Assembly (NCBI RefSeq): GCF_000582535.1
Contig: NZ_CP006932.1
Coordinates: forward strand, 1-32,000
Length of the DNA: 32,000 nucleotides
Origin: Candidatus Saccharimonadota bacterium
GTDB lineage: Bacteria > Bacillota_I > Bacilli_A > Mycoplasmatales > Hepatoplasmataceae
Direction of reading: 5' to 3'
Of the stretch, positions 19,285 to 30,740 are shown one piece after another (positions within the stretch are counted from its first letter, which is position 1; each line of letters starts with the position of its first letter). Made by a program: the position numbers and the translations under genes. The notes under the pieces were generated by a model that was not told the origin of the DNA, did no database searches, and saw only the letters and a list, made by a program, of their open reading frames with translations.

Positions 19285-19836
19285 ATGGGAACTGAGAATA
19301 ATTACTTATTAAAAACAATAAAAACAGATCAAGAAATAAATAAAGCAGTTTCAAATTTAGCAAAAATATTGAATAATCGTTTTAATAATGAAAAAGTTGT
19401 TTTTATTATTATAATGAAAGGCGGATTGTATTTAGGATTAGATCTTGCAAGAAAATGTAAATTTGATATTGCATTTGATTTTATTTATTCTAATTCTTAT
19501 TATTTAAATAAAAAGTTAAATAAACCTAAAATAACATATAAGAAAACAATTGATCTAAAAAACGAAAACATTATTATTATTGATGATTTAATTGATAGTG
19601 GGGAAACAATTTTTAAAATTATTAAAATTTTAAAAAAACAGAAACCGTTATCTATTTCTGTTATTGCACTTTATAATAAAAGAAGAAATAATGAATTTTT
19701 AAAAGATATTAAAAAATATATTTGTTTTTCTGAAATTCCTCCTGGTTTCTTATTGGGATATGGTTTAGATTATGATGAGAAATACAGAAATTTAAATTAT
19801 CTTGGTATAATTAAATCTAATAATATAAAGGAATAA
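19285..19836 (+). CDS. hpt: Hypoxanthine phosphoribosyltransferase (183 aa)
   Basis: PRPP motif 'IIIIDDLIDSGET' and 'LLGYGLDYDEKYRNL'. The tilS-hpt-ftsH order is typical of Firmicutes and Mollicutes. Confidence 0.85.
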   Translation: MGTENNYLLKTIKTDQEINKAVSNLAKILNNRFNNEKVVFIIIMKGGLYLGLDLARKCKFDIAFDFIYSNSYYLNKKLNKPKITYKKTIDLKNENIIIIDDLIDSGETIFKIIKILKKQKPLSISVIALYNKRRNNEFLKDIKKYICFSEIPPGFLLGYGLDYDEKYRNLNYLGIIKSNNIKE

Positions 19837-19837
19837 A

Positions 19838-21994
19838 ATGTTTTTAAACGATTCAAGTATCAAAGAACAAGATTTATTATCTCTTAGAGGCGAAGATCCA
19901 AATTCAAAAAATAATAATTCTGAATCTAATTCTGAAGTTGAAAAAGATAAGAAATCTAATTCAAAAGAGAATGAAAAAAATCAGGATAATAAATCTAAAC
20001 AAAATACAGATTTAAATAATCCTAGTCCTAAAACAGAAAAAAAACCGGTTGGTCCAATACCTCCCAAAAAGAAAAAATCATCATTATCAACAATTTTATG
20101 ATTATTATTCTTTTTCTTTCTGATTTTAATTCTTTTTGCTTTAATTTTTAATGTAAATTATACTTATCTTACACCAACTGAATTAGCAGATCAAATTAAT
20201 TCTGCTGTTATTGGAACATCTATTGATATTAATGGTCTTGTTATTCAAGATTCAGATCAACTTGTTCAAGTAACTGTTATTATTGATGCCCCGAGTGGAT
20301 ATGAATATTATTATACTTATTTTGCTAATGTTGATGATTATCAAACCTGATTAGAAGATAGTATATTAGCAAGTAATCCAAATATTTTAAATATAGATTA
20401 CTCACTTTCTTATCAAACAACATCAGTCTTTTGAAGTTTAGTTGCATTTTTACTTCCTCTTATAATAATTGTTGGAATTACTGTTTGAATATTTAAAAAA
20501 ATTATTCAAAGTCAATCAAACATTGGTAAAGCTTCTAAAAAAACTTTACTTCCACAGATTTCAAATGTTAGATTTTCTGATGTTCAAGGTTACGAAGAAA
20601 TTAAACAAGAATTATATGAAATAGTTGATTTTTTAAAACAACCAGATAAATATTCTAAATTTGGAGCAAGGACTCCAAAAGGTGTAATGTTATCAGGTCC
20701 TCCCGGAACAGGAAAAACTTTATTTGCAAAAGCAATTGCAGGAGAAGCAACAATTCCATTTTATTCAATTTCTGGTTCAGATTTTGTTGAAATGTTTGTT
20801 GGAGTAGGTGCTTCAAGAGTAAGATCTCTTTTTGAACAAGCAAAAAAAACTTCTCCTTCTCTTATTTTTATTGATGAATTAGATGCTGTTGGTCGAAGAA
20901 GAGGTGCTGGTCCTGGTGGTAATGATGAGCGTGAACAAACTTTAAATCAATTATTAGTTGAAATGGATGGATTTTCACCTAATTCAGGAATTATTGTAAT
21001 TGCTGCAACAAATCGTCCAGATGTATTAGATCCAGCTCTTAAACGTCCAGGTAGATTTGATAGATTAATTGATATTAGACTACCCGATGTAAAAGAAAGA
21101 GAAGCAATTTTAAGATTACATGGTTCTAAAGGAAATAAAAAATTCTCAAAAGATGTAAATTGAATAAATATTTCAATGCGAACTCCAGGATTTTCTGGAG
21201 CAGAACTTGAAAATGTTATTAATGAAGCAGCCATCTTAGCAGTAAGAGAAAAATTAAATGAAATTACACTAGATACTATTGATGAAGCAATAGATCGTGT
21301 AATTGGAGGACCTGCAAAAGCAAATAATGCAATGTCACAAGAAGAAAAAATTTTAATTGCTCATCACGAAGCAGGACATGCTTTAATTGGACTTATTCTA
21401 AAAGATGCAGAAAGAGTACAAAAAATTTCAATTGTTCCTAGGGGGTCTGCTGGTGGATATGTTTTAATGACACCCAAAAAAGAAAAAATTATTCAAACAA
21501 AAGCAGAACTTAATGCAAAAATTATTTCATATCTTGGAGGTCGTGTTTCAGAAGAAATTTTCTTTGGAAAAGACGAAATTACAACTGGTGCATATTCAGA
21601 TATTCAAGAAGCAACAAAAATTGCTCGAAGAATGATTATGGATTTTGGAATGAGTGAAAATTTAGGAGCAATCCAATGAAATTCACAAGAAGTTAATTCA
21701 TATGGAATGTATGAAAAAAATTCAGTAAGTGAAAAAGTTTCGGAATTAATTGATAAAGAAATCCGTGAATTAATTAATAAATCATATGTAAAAGCTCATG
21801 AAATTATTTCAAATAATAAACCAATGATTGAACTTTTTGCAAAAGCCTTACTTATTAAAGAAATCTTAAATACAGAAGATATTGATTATATTTATAAAAA
21901 TAAAAAATTAACTAATGAAATGATTGAACTTGAAAAAAAGGAAAATCTTAATTCAAAAAAAACAAAAGAAAATAATAAAACTGATAAAAAATAA
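19838..21994 (+). CDS. ftsH: ATP-dependent zinc metalloprotease FtsH (718 aa)
   Basis: Four track ORFs (19838, 20687, 21176, 21707) share frame 2 and are joined by TGA=Trp. Motifs: Walker A 'GPPGTGKT', SRH '[19 protein letters not shown]', zinc site 'HEAGHA'. A low-complexity Asn/Lys/Ser-rich tail of about 85 aa precedes TM1. Confidence 0.95.
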
Positions 21995-22135
21995 TTATCA
22001 ATTATTAGGGAAATTAAATTATTAAATATTGTGGAATATTTGCTTTTAGTAATAAAAATATTGATCTATATTTTTTCGATAATTGGAGTACTAATATTAC
22101 TTTACTTTTTCTTTAATTTTTGAAAAACTAGACAG

Positions 22136-25100
22136 ATGAATAAATCTGTATCAAAAGATGTTTTCAAAGGTAAATTATCAATTGTTATCTTACTACTTTT
22201 TTATCTTTCCTCATTTGGTTTAATAGGTGGACTTACAACCTACAATGACAAAGAAAAAGATGCTGCTAATAAATTAGTAGTAACTGAAAGAAATATTGGA
22301 CAAGGATATCTTGTTCCTGGTGAAATTTCTTTGCAAAATTATTCTGATTATAAGGGTGAATTTAATGAAGATATTAAAAATAGAGAATGAGAAAATCTCT
22401 ATTTTTCTTTTTTTAATACAATTAATAATCAGGATGTATTTTACGAAGAATTAATTGAACCTTTAATTTTAGATTCTTCAAATTATGATTATCTTTTTAA
22501 TGATCTTACATTTAATGAATATGTAAAAACATATTATTATTATTGATATCAATATTATTATCAAAATAATCTTTTTCCAGAAATAACAGATTTTGAATCA
22601 TTAAATGCATTAGCTAATGATTTTTGAGAAACAAGCTATATTGGTGCTGATTTTTTCGGTAATATTGAAAATGTAATAGGAATATATTTATTTTATAAAA
22701 ATATAATAAATGAAAATTATAATGGAAAAACTGATGAAGAAAATAATTCAGATCCAGATCAAGAATTAAATAATATTTATAATCTATTTGGAACTATTGA
22801 TTATGATATTCAATTACAATATACATATTCAAATCCTTTTTCTGAAAATAATGATCAAGAAGGATCTTCCCAATCTTATTTATTTTTAGGCTACAATAGT
22901 ACAGAAGAAAGCAATAGCGTTTTAAATTCTCATTTAAGATCTCAATATGGAATTTATTCACAAAAACTAGATGTTCCTATAATAAACGAAAATTTTACTA
23001 ATTATTCAGATCAAGATTTACTAAATGAAGTATTTGGTGCAGATTATGATTCTAGTACTGATTCTATTTATGGAAATGGAACATCTCAAAATCCATATAA
23101 AGTTTTAATGCTAGATGATTATTATCAAGCAAATAAAAATTTTTTTGAAACTAATGATAATAAATATATGATAGGTCCTTATTATTTTGAAGTGGTTGCA
23201 ACTGGATGATTTCCAAATGTTTCTTATCCTGTTCATAATCTAGATAATATTCTTACTGATGTTAAAAATGAACAAACATTAATGATTAATAATTATGCAT
23301 TAGCTAATATTGCAAACGGAAACCAAGATTTTGTAATTTATTATGGTTCTGAAGAAATATATAATCAAATTAATGATTATTCTGATATTATTTCTGGATC
23401 AATTTCAGATGATATTGAGGAGCAAGCTTGATATATTACTAAATATGCAGAAGGAAATTATCAGAATGGATATTTAAGAGATGATGGATATTATGATTAT
23501 TCTCAACATAATGAAATTAATGATGATTCAGGCGATTTAATTGCAGCAAGAGCAGATTCATTACTACTTGAAGCAGAAGGAGATGAGGCATTTATTTCTG
23601 TTTTTCGCTTCATATTTTTGTTAGTTGTTATTATTATTTTGATTTTACTAATTCAAAAAAGAATTAATGATAGTAGCAAAAATCTTGGAACTTTAAAAGC
23701 TTTAGGAATGAGTAATTTGAAAATTTCATCTTCTTATATTATTTATCCTATTATTATTACAACAATTGGTTCATTTATTGCTTTATTATTAGCAATACCA
23801 GTAGGAATGTATTTTGTTGGTTTAATGACGCAATATTTTGCAATTCCAATTTCTACTGTTCCCATTTTTACATTTAATTCTTTTTTAGTTGTATATATTT
23901 CTCCTTTATTAATTGCCTGTGGAGTTTCTTTTTTAATTTCTTATTATGTTTTAAGTAAACCAACTCTTAAATTATTACAAGGAGCTCATAAAAATAAACC
24001 AGGAATAATTACAATTTATTTAGGAAAATTAATTCCTAGTTCATTTTCTTTTTCTTCAAGTTATAAGATTAAAAGCTTATTTAGATCTACAGGAAAATCA
24101 TTTATTTTATTTTTTTCAATGATCTTTTCGACATTTTTAATAGCACTTTCATTTTCCGGAACAACAATGGTTAATAATGTAATTGATGGGGCAGAAGAAG
24201 AGTTAAATTATCAATCCGTCTCTTCTTTAAATTCAGATTTAAATTATCTTCCAATTAATTATAATGATGATTTTGATAATTGATATCAAAATGTCGATAA
24301 TAATCAATTAAATTATAATTTTGAGTATTCACCAATAGTGTGAGATTTTTCAACAATTACTTCAACAACAGGAGAAGAAAAATATCAAGAAATGGGAGAT
24401 ATTATTTTAAATTCACCTTTAATTTATAGTTATGATGAATTAAATAATCAATATGATATTTCATATCTCTCAGCAGAAGGATTATTAAATTATTTTTACT
24501 TTTTATTTAATAATCCAGATGTAATTAATTACACAAATCAAAATTTTGAAGATACAAATATTAGTGGCTCTGATTTATTGGTAATTGATTTTTCTTTCTG
24601 ACAATATTCCTATCTTAATTACTTAAATTATGTAAATCAAACTAGTGCAAATAAATTGTCAGCTTTACAATTTATAGAAGAAACACTTATAAATTATAAT
24701 CCTGCACTTGGATTAGAATCATTATCAGGAATTTTTGTTGATGATAATTTAGGAATTGACTATTATCAAGATATATATGTAGATATAAATTTTGGTAATT
24801 ATTTTTATAATTCTGATCAACAATCCATTATTTTTTCAGATCAAATTGAATTTGAAACAGAAGATGATAATGAGAGTTTTTCTTTACTATCATTAAATGA
24901 TATTGAAGAAATAGAAAATAATATGTTTCATAATATTCCTGATTTAACAAAAGCAATAGATAATTTTGAAGCATATCAACAAAATGAAGTTGATCAAAAT
25001 GGAAATTATTATTTACCTATAATCACTTCCCAATATTACTATAATCAAATTAAAGAAATAGCAAATTATGAAGGAGAAAGTCAAGGTCATGAAACTTATA

Positions 25101-25867
25101 GTGGAGAAATTCGTTATAAAGATCAATCAGGAAATCGAAAATCAAAAGAAATAACTTTTGTAATTGTAGGAACATATGGATCTTATGTTTCAAATGCAAT
25201 TTATACAACAAGAGATGCTATTTCCAAATCTGTAAATGATCAATTATCATATATACCTTACATTATTTATTCAAATGATTTTTATAAACAAGTATATTCT
25301 TTTGCTTTTTCTTATTCTTTAATCCAACAAATTTTGATAAATAATGGTGATTACGATGTATCGATTGAAGAAATTTTAAATAATAATTATTCAATAATTG
25401 AGCAAGCCACTTTAGATAATGATATTGTATTTCGTCAAATAGATTCTGCTTATAGTTTAATTAGTGGATTATTACTTATAATTTGTGCTTTCGCTTTCTT
25501 TGTTGCTTTTGTTTTAATTTCAATTACAATTAAAGTTGTGGCCGATAATTCATTAAATGAAGTTTCAATGCTTAAGGTTTTTGGATATACAAATTGAAAA
25601 GCAACTTCACTTGTAATGACTTCATATATAATAATTCTTGCACTATCATTTATTTTATCAGTATCTTTAATATTTGCTTTTTTACTAGGGTTAAGTACAC
25701 TTCTTACAAATTTAACAGGAACCACTTATAAATTTACGCTTACAGGATTTCAATTAGGAATATTAATTGCTTTAATTTTAGTAATGATTATAATTTTACT
25801 TATTTTTGTTTACATTACATTTGCAAAACAAAATCCACTTGATGCCTTGAAAGAAACAATTGAATAA
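22136..25867 (+). CDS. ABC transporter permease, MacB/FtsX-type with two FtsX modules and two large extracytoplasmic domains (1243 aa)
   Basis: Track ORFs 22136, 23618, 24392, 24656 and 25616 are all in frame 2. The gap at 22390-23617 was checked codon by codon and contains only TGA. FtsX-like segments: 'LGTLKALGMSNLKISSSY' and 'EVSMLKVFGYTNWKATSL', each followed by hydrophobic helices. An alternative GTG start at 22031 would add one more hydrophobic helix. Confidence 0.75.
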
Positions 25868-25880
25868 TAGGAAAACAAAC

Positions 25881-26819
25881 ATGAAAGAAACAGAAATTAA
25901 AAATCAAATATCAAATAATAAAAATAATAAAGAGGAAGCTCGAAAATTACACAATCTTATAAAAACAAGAATTAAAAATGAAAAAAAAGAATATAGAAAT
26001 AAGATTAAAGAAGCAAAAAATGAACTAGAAAAAAAAGAACTTAAAAAAGAAGCAAAAAATCTTTTTAAAAAAGGATTATTAAAAGAAGGAACTTTTAATA
26101 ATAAATATATTATTGAATTAAAAAATGTACAAAAATATTATTTCATTTCTAAAAATAATTATGAGCATGTTCTTAAAGGAATTAATTTGAAAATTAAAGA
26201 GGGAGAAGTTGTAATTATTTTAGGAATGAGTGGTTCAGGAAAAACAACTTTACTTAATATTATTTCTGGTCTTACTAATTTTAATGAAGGAAGTACAAGA
26301 GTTTTAAATTGTGATTTATTTTATTTAAATGAAAATAAAAAAACAAAATTTCGTGCTAATCATATTTCTTTTGTTTTTCAATCTTACAATTTAATTCAAT
26401 CACTTACAGTAAATGAAAATATAAAAATTGGAGAAAATTTAAGACCAAAACAAAAAGAAAAAATTGAAATAAATCAAATTTTAGAATCACTTGATCTTTT
26501 AGATCAAAAAAATAAATATCCTTTTCAACTTTCGGGAGGACAACAACAAAGAGTTTCAATTGGAAGAGCTTTAGCAAAAAATCCAACAATTCTTTTTGCG
26601 GATGAACCAACAGGAGCATTGGATGAGGAAAAAGGAAAAGATGCAATGAAAATAATTTTAAATATTAATAAAATATTTAAAACTACTTTAATAATTGTAA
26701 CTCACAATCCTAATTTTGCTAAAATTGGTGATCATATAATTAGAATCAAAAATGGAGAAATTGCAGAAGATTCTTATAATAAGCAAAAAATTTCAATAGA
26801 TCAAATTAAATGAACTTAG
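25881..26819 (+). CDS. ABC transporter ATP-binding protein (312 aa) with a Lys/Glu-rich N-terminal extension of about 80 aa
   Basis: Walker A 'GMSGSGKTT', signature 'LSGGQQQRV', Walker B 'ILFADEPT', H-loop 'VTHN'. ATG 25881 follows 'aggaaa'. The frame extends through TGA 26811 to TAG 26817-26819. Confidence 0.9.
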
Positions 26820-26894
26820 GATTTAATATTTTTAATATATACTTATATATAAGAATTAAGAATATAAATAGGATAGTTAAAAATTCAATTTAAT

Positions 26895-28388
26895 ATGAAA
26901 GATCGAAAATTTCAAGAACAAGAAATAATAAGAAGAGATAAACAAAAAAAACTAATCAAATTAGGAATTTATCCTCCTAGAAAACTTTATAGACAAAATT
27001 TTAATTTAAATGATTTAAAAAATAAATATCAATCATTAGAAAAAGAAAAGATTTCAGAATTAAATATTAAAAATTTAAAATTAACTGGTCGAATTATAAT
27101 GATAAGAGATCAAGGGAAAGCGATTTTTATTTTAATAAATCAACAATCTGGAAAAATGCAAGCTTATTTAAGAAAAGATAAACTTAGTGAAATTGATTTT
27201 GAAGCAGCAAAATTAATTGACATTGGTGATATTGTTTTTGTTGATGGTGATTTATTTAAAACTAATACAAATGAATTAACAATTAGAGCTAATAAATTTG
27301 TTATTTTAACAAAAGGATTAAAACCACTTCCTGAAAAATATCATGGTTTAAAAAATGTAGAGGATCGCTATCGTAAGAGATACCTAGATCTTATTGCAAA
27401 TGATGAAGTAAAAGATATTTTTATTGTTCGTAGTAAAATAATTTCTGAAATCAGAAAAGTTTTAAATCAAAAAAATTATTTAGAAGTGGAGACTCCAATA
27501 TTACAATCTTTAGTAACAGGAGCGGCTGCAAAACCTTTTAAAACATTTCATAATTCATTAAAACAAGAATTTAATTTAAGAATAGCAACAGAGCTTCCTC
27601 TTAAGAGATTACTAGTTGGAGGATATAATAAAGTTTATGAAATTGGAAGAGTTTTTCGTAATGAAGGAATTTCAATAAAACATAATCCTGAATTTACATC
27701 ATTAGAACTTTATGAAGCATATAGTAATTTAGAAAGAATGATTGATATTACAGAAGATATTATTTTTGCTTTAAATAATAAATTAAATCAAGGAAAAGAT
27801 CTAATTTACCAAAAATATAAATTAAGTTTTAAAAAACCATTTAGAAGAATCGAGATGATTGATTTAATTAAAGAAGTAACAAAAGTAGATTTTAAAAAAA
27901 TAATAGATTTTAAAGATGCGAAAAAATTTGCTAAGATCCATAATGTTGAATTAAAATCTCACCATAATTCAATTGGCCATATAATTAATGAGTTTTTTGA
28001 ACAAAAATGTGAAAAATCATTAATTCAACCAACTTTTGTTTTAAATTATCCTGTAGAAGTATCTCCTCTTGCAAAAAGAATTGAAAATAATCCTAATTTT
28101 ACTTATCGATTTGAACTTTTTATTCATGCAAGAGAATACGCAAATGCATTTTCTGAATTAAATGATCCGGATGATCAATATCAAAGATTTTTAGAACAAA
28201 TTGAACAAAAAAACGCAGGAAACGATGAAGCAAATGAGATGGATTTAGATTATGTAGAAGCCCTAGAATATGGTATGCCTCCCGCAGGAGGAATGGGATT
28301 AGGAATTGATCGAATTATAATGCTATTTACAAATCAAAAATCAATTCGTGATGTTATTTTATTTCCTCATCAAAAAAATAAAAATTAA
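26895..28388 (+). CDS. lysS: Lysine--tRNA ligase, class II (497 aa)
   Basis: Uninterrupted ORF with 'FRNEGIS.KHNPEFT' (motif 2) and 'PPAGGMGLGIDRI' (motif 3). Confidence 0.95.
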   Translation: MKDRKFQEQEIIRRDKQKKLIKLGIYPPRKLYRQNFNLNDLKNKYQSLEKEKISELNIKNLKLTGRIIMIRDQGKAIFILINQQSGKMQAYLRKDKLSEIDFEAAKLIDIGDIVFVDGDLFKTNTNELTIRANKFVILTKGLKPLPEKYHGLKNVEDRYRKRYLDLIANDEVKDIFIVRSKIISEIRKVLNQKNYLEVETPILQSLVTGAAAKPFKTFHNSLKQEFNLRIATELPLKRLLVGGYNKVYEIGRVFRNEGISIKHNPEFTSLELYEAYSNLERMIDITEDIIFALNNKLNQGKDLIYQKYKLSFKKPFRRIEMIDLIKEVTKVDFKKIIDFKDAKKFAKIHNVELKSHHNSIGHIINEFFEQKCEKSLIQPTFVLNYPVEVSPLAKRIENNPNFTYRFELFIHAREYANAFSELNDPDDQYQRFLEQIEQKNAGNDEANEMDLDYVEALEYGMPPAGGMGLGIDRIIMLFTNQKSIRDVILFPHQKNKN

Positions 28389-28406
28389 GTTTTATAAAAT
28401 TTATAA

Positions 28407-29378
28407 ATGAAAAAAATAAAAATTAATTATTTAAATCAATTTTCAGAATTAGAAATTCAATATTTAATAAATTTTTTGGAAACAAAAATTATTGAACTTT
28501 TTTATGAAAAATTTGATCTTCATTATATTCGTAAACCGCTTTTTTCTACTGAAAAAGTAATTGATCAAATAAGTGAGCTTAATAATCTTAGAACAATAAG
28601 TTTTGATACAATAAATGACTATCAAATTTATAATCTCTATAATTCTTATGATCTTTTTTTTATTAAAAAATTATCAGATTTAAATTTAGAAAACAATCAT
28701 GGATTATTTTCTAAATTAAATTATATTGTAAGAGATAGTGAAATAGATACTAATAATAGTTTAGAAAAAAATATTTTATTTATTGAAATGAGATCTGATA
28801 ATAAAGAAAATTTTGTTGAAAAAATGCAAATTTTAGGAATACAAATTTATCAATTAATATATGATTTATTTTTTGAAATGCATCTTGTGAATCGGAAAAT
28901 CAAAATAGATATCCCAAAAGCAAATAAAGTAGCTTTTTTAGATAAGATTGAATATGAAAAAACAAATCAAAATTATAAATCATTTATAAATCAAATTACT
29001 TTAAAGCATGGTGTTGTGAGTGTATTGGAAGAATTAGAAGATAATGAGGAAAATTTTTTAAATATTAAAGAAAAATTTTCTTTTTATTATTTTTCAAAAT
29101 ATATAAAGGAGAATTTAAAATTTTTTGAAATTTGTAAAAGAAAAAAACAATCAGAAATTTTACTTAAAATGCAAAAAAATATTAAAAATAAATTAGAATT
29201 AGAAAATTTAAGTAAAATAATTGCAGATTTTAAATATCAAACAATAAATATAAAAATAAATCTTGATTACTTAATTTTGATGGTTTTAAATATTGCTTCT
29301 GTTTTTGAAATTCAATCAAATAAAAATAATAAAGAAGTAAATGAATTTATTGATAGATCTAAATTAAATACTTTTTAA
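28407..29378 (+). CDS. Hypothetical protein (323 aa), possibly a degenerate aspartate-ammonia ligase (AsnA)-like / class II aaRS-like fold
   Basis: Uninterrupted ORF. Its length and several segments resemble E. coli AsnA as I remember it: 'YIVRDSEID' vs 'ALRPDEDR', 'ELENLSKIIADFKYQTINIKINLDYLILMVLNIASVFEIQ' vs '[40 protein letters not shown]'. The Gly-rich and Arg catalytic positions are not conserved. The confidence value applies to the functional call; the ORF itself is solid. Confidence 0.4.
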   Translation: MKKIKINYLNQFSELEIQYLINFLETKIIELFYEKFDLHYIRKPLFSTEKVIDQISELNNLRTISFDTINDYQIYNLYNSYDLFFIKKLSDLNLENNHGLFSKLNYIVRDSEIDTNNSLEKNILFIEMRSDNKENFVEKMQILGIQIYQLIYDLFFEMHLVNRKIKIDIPKANKVAFLDKIEYEKTNQNYKSFINQITLKHGVVSVLEELEDNEENFLNIKEKFSFYYFSKYIKENLKFFEICKRKKQSEILLKMQKNIKNKLELENLSKIIADFKYQTINIKINLDYLILMVLNIASVFEIQSNKNNKEVNEFIDRSKLNTF

Positions 29379-29518
29379 ATAATTTAATTTAAATTATTTC
29401 CTTTCTTATAGTTTAATAATAATATGTTAAAATTACTTTGGGTTTATTAAAAAATCCTTGTTTATAAATTAAAAAAAAGATTATAAACTTTTATCCAAAA
29501 GGAAAGAATTTAAGAAAT

Positions 29519-29917
29519 ATGAAATATGAAATTTTAATTATGATGCTTCCTAATTTAAAAGATGATAAGCGTCAAGAATTAATTTTAAAAATTGAAAAAA
29601 TTTTAGATGGAAAAATAGTAAAAAAAGAGGATTGAGGATTAAAAAATTTGGCTTATAAAATTAAGCATCAAGAACAAGCATATTATCTTCTTTATTATTT
29701 AGAAGCAGAAATTGATAATTTAAACAAATTTAAAAAGATGAGTGCGATAAATAAAGATATTATGCGAACTTTTATTTTAAAACATGATAAAAAATGACCT
29801 TTTGAAATGAAAACAACAAAAGATCTTAAATTCCCTGAAAGAAGACAACCAAGAAAAGACGGAAAAAATCAGGGAAGTAATTTAGAGAAAAGACCAATAA
29901 AAGCGAGTTATAAATAA
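29519..29917 (+). CDS. rpsF: 30S ribosomal protein S6 (132 aa)
   Basis: 'MKYEILIMMLPNL...WGLKNLAYKIKHQEQAYY' is the typical S6 pattern. Two TGA=Trp codons explain its absence from the ORF track. RBS 'aaaggaaag' lies upstream. The rpsF-ssb-rpsR order is conserved. Confidence 0.85.
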
Positions 29918-30426
29918 TGTTAAATAAAGTCATATTAATTGGAAGAATAACAAATGATATTGAGCTTAGACAAACTAGTGAAGGAACACCTTTAACTTAT
30001 TTTACAATTGCTGTAAATAGAAGAGTTCGTAGCAATAATAATAATAATCAACAACAGCAGACAGATTTTATTGATTGTAAAGCATGAAGAGGAACAGCGG
30101 AAACAATGAGCAATTATTTACATAAAGGTTCACTTATTGCAATTGAAGGAAGATTAGAAGTTTTTAATTCACAATTAGAAAATGGACAATATAATCGTAG
30201 AGTTAGTGTTGTTGTTGATCAATTTAGTTTCTTAGAATCTAAAGGGGCAAGAACATTAGAATTAGAAACAAATGATTATAATCAAACTCCAAATAATAAT
30301 GAAAATTTTTCAGAAGATAATAATAATTTTTCAGATTCAAAAGAAAATATAAATTTTGCTTCTGAAAGTAAATTAAAAGAAAGTGATGATTTTGATGAAA
30401 TCAATTTTGATGAAATCAATTTCTAA
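29917..30426 (+). CDS. ssb: Single-stranded DNA-binding protein (169 aa)
   Basis: The ATG overlaps the rpsF stop (TAATG). OB-fold N-terminus 'MLNKVILIGRITNDIELRQT', then 'CKAWRGTAE' (TGA=Trp at 30085), and an acidic C-terminal tip '...DDFDEINFDEINF'. Confidence 0.9.
30391..30420 (+). repeat. Perfect 15-nt tandem duplication encoding the SSB C-terminal tip (FDEIN x2, then F-stop)
   Basis: tttgatgaaatcaat at 30391-30405 is repeated exactly at 30406-30420. Confidence 0.9.
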
Positions 30427-30442
30427 ATAAAGAGAGGTTATA

Positions 30443-30703
30443 ATGCCAAGAACAGCAAAAGGTCGCAGAAAACCAATTAAAAAACAATATAAAGTAATTC
30501 GTAAAAAATGTTTATTTACACAACAAAATATCGAATATATTGATTATAAAGATATAGAAGTTTTAAAAAAATTTATTTCGTCTGTAAATGGAAAAATTTT
30601 GCCTAGAAGGATTACAGGGACTTCAGCAAAATATCAAAGAAAATTAGCAAAAGCTATTAAGCAATCACGTGAAGTTGGATTATTACCATTTGTTGCAAAA
30701 TAA
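30443..30703 (+). CDS. rpsR: 30S ribosomal protein S18 (86 aa)
   Basis: '[42 protein letters not shown]' is the canonical S18 core. Confidence 0.95.
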   Translation: MPRTAKGRRKPIKKQYKVIRKKCLFTQQNIEYIDYKDIEVLKKFISSVNGKILPRRITGTSAKYQRKLAKAIKQSREVGLLPFVAK

Positions 30704-30740
30704 ATAAAATTAATTTAAAAGGGAATTTAAAATTTATATT

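Noticed and set aside
22031-22135. A possible GTG start at 22031 that would add 35 aa, including an extra hydrophobic helix, to the ABC permease.
   Set aside because: It remains possible because the frame is open from 21995. However, there is no convincing RBS at the right spacing, and ATG 22136 already gives the usual short cytoplasmic N-terminus followed by TM1. I kept it as an alternative only.
26820-26894. A possible T-box or L-box style leader upstream of lysS, and an S6:S18-binding leader upstream of rpsF (29379-29518).
   Set aside because: The lysS spacer is only 75 nt, far too short for a T-box or lysine riboswitch. I could not identify conserved structure in the 140-nt rpsF leader by eye, so this needs a covariance-model search.
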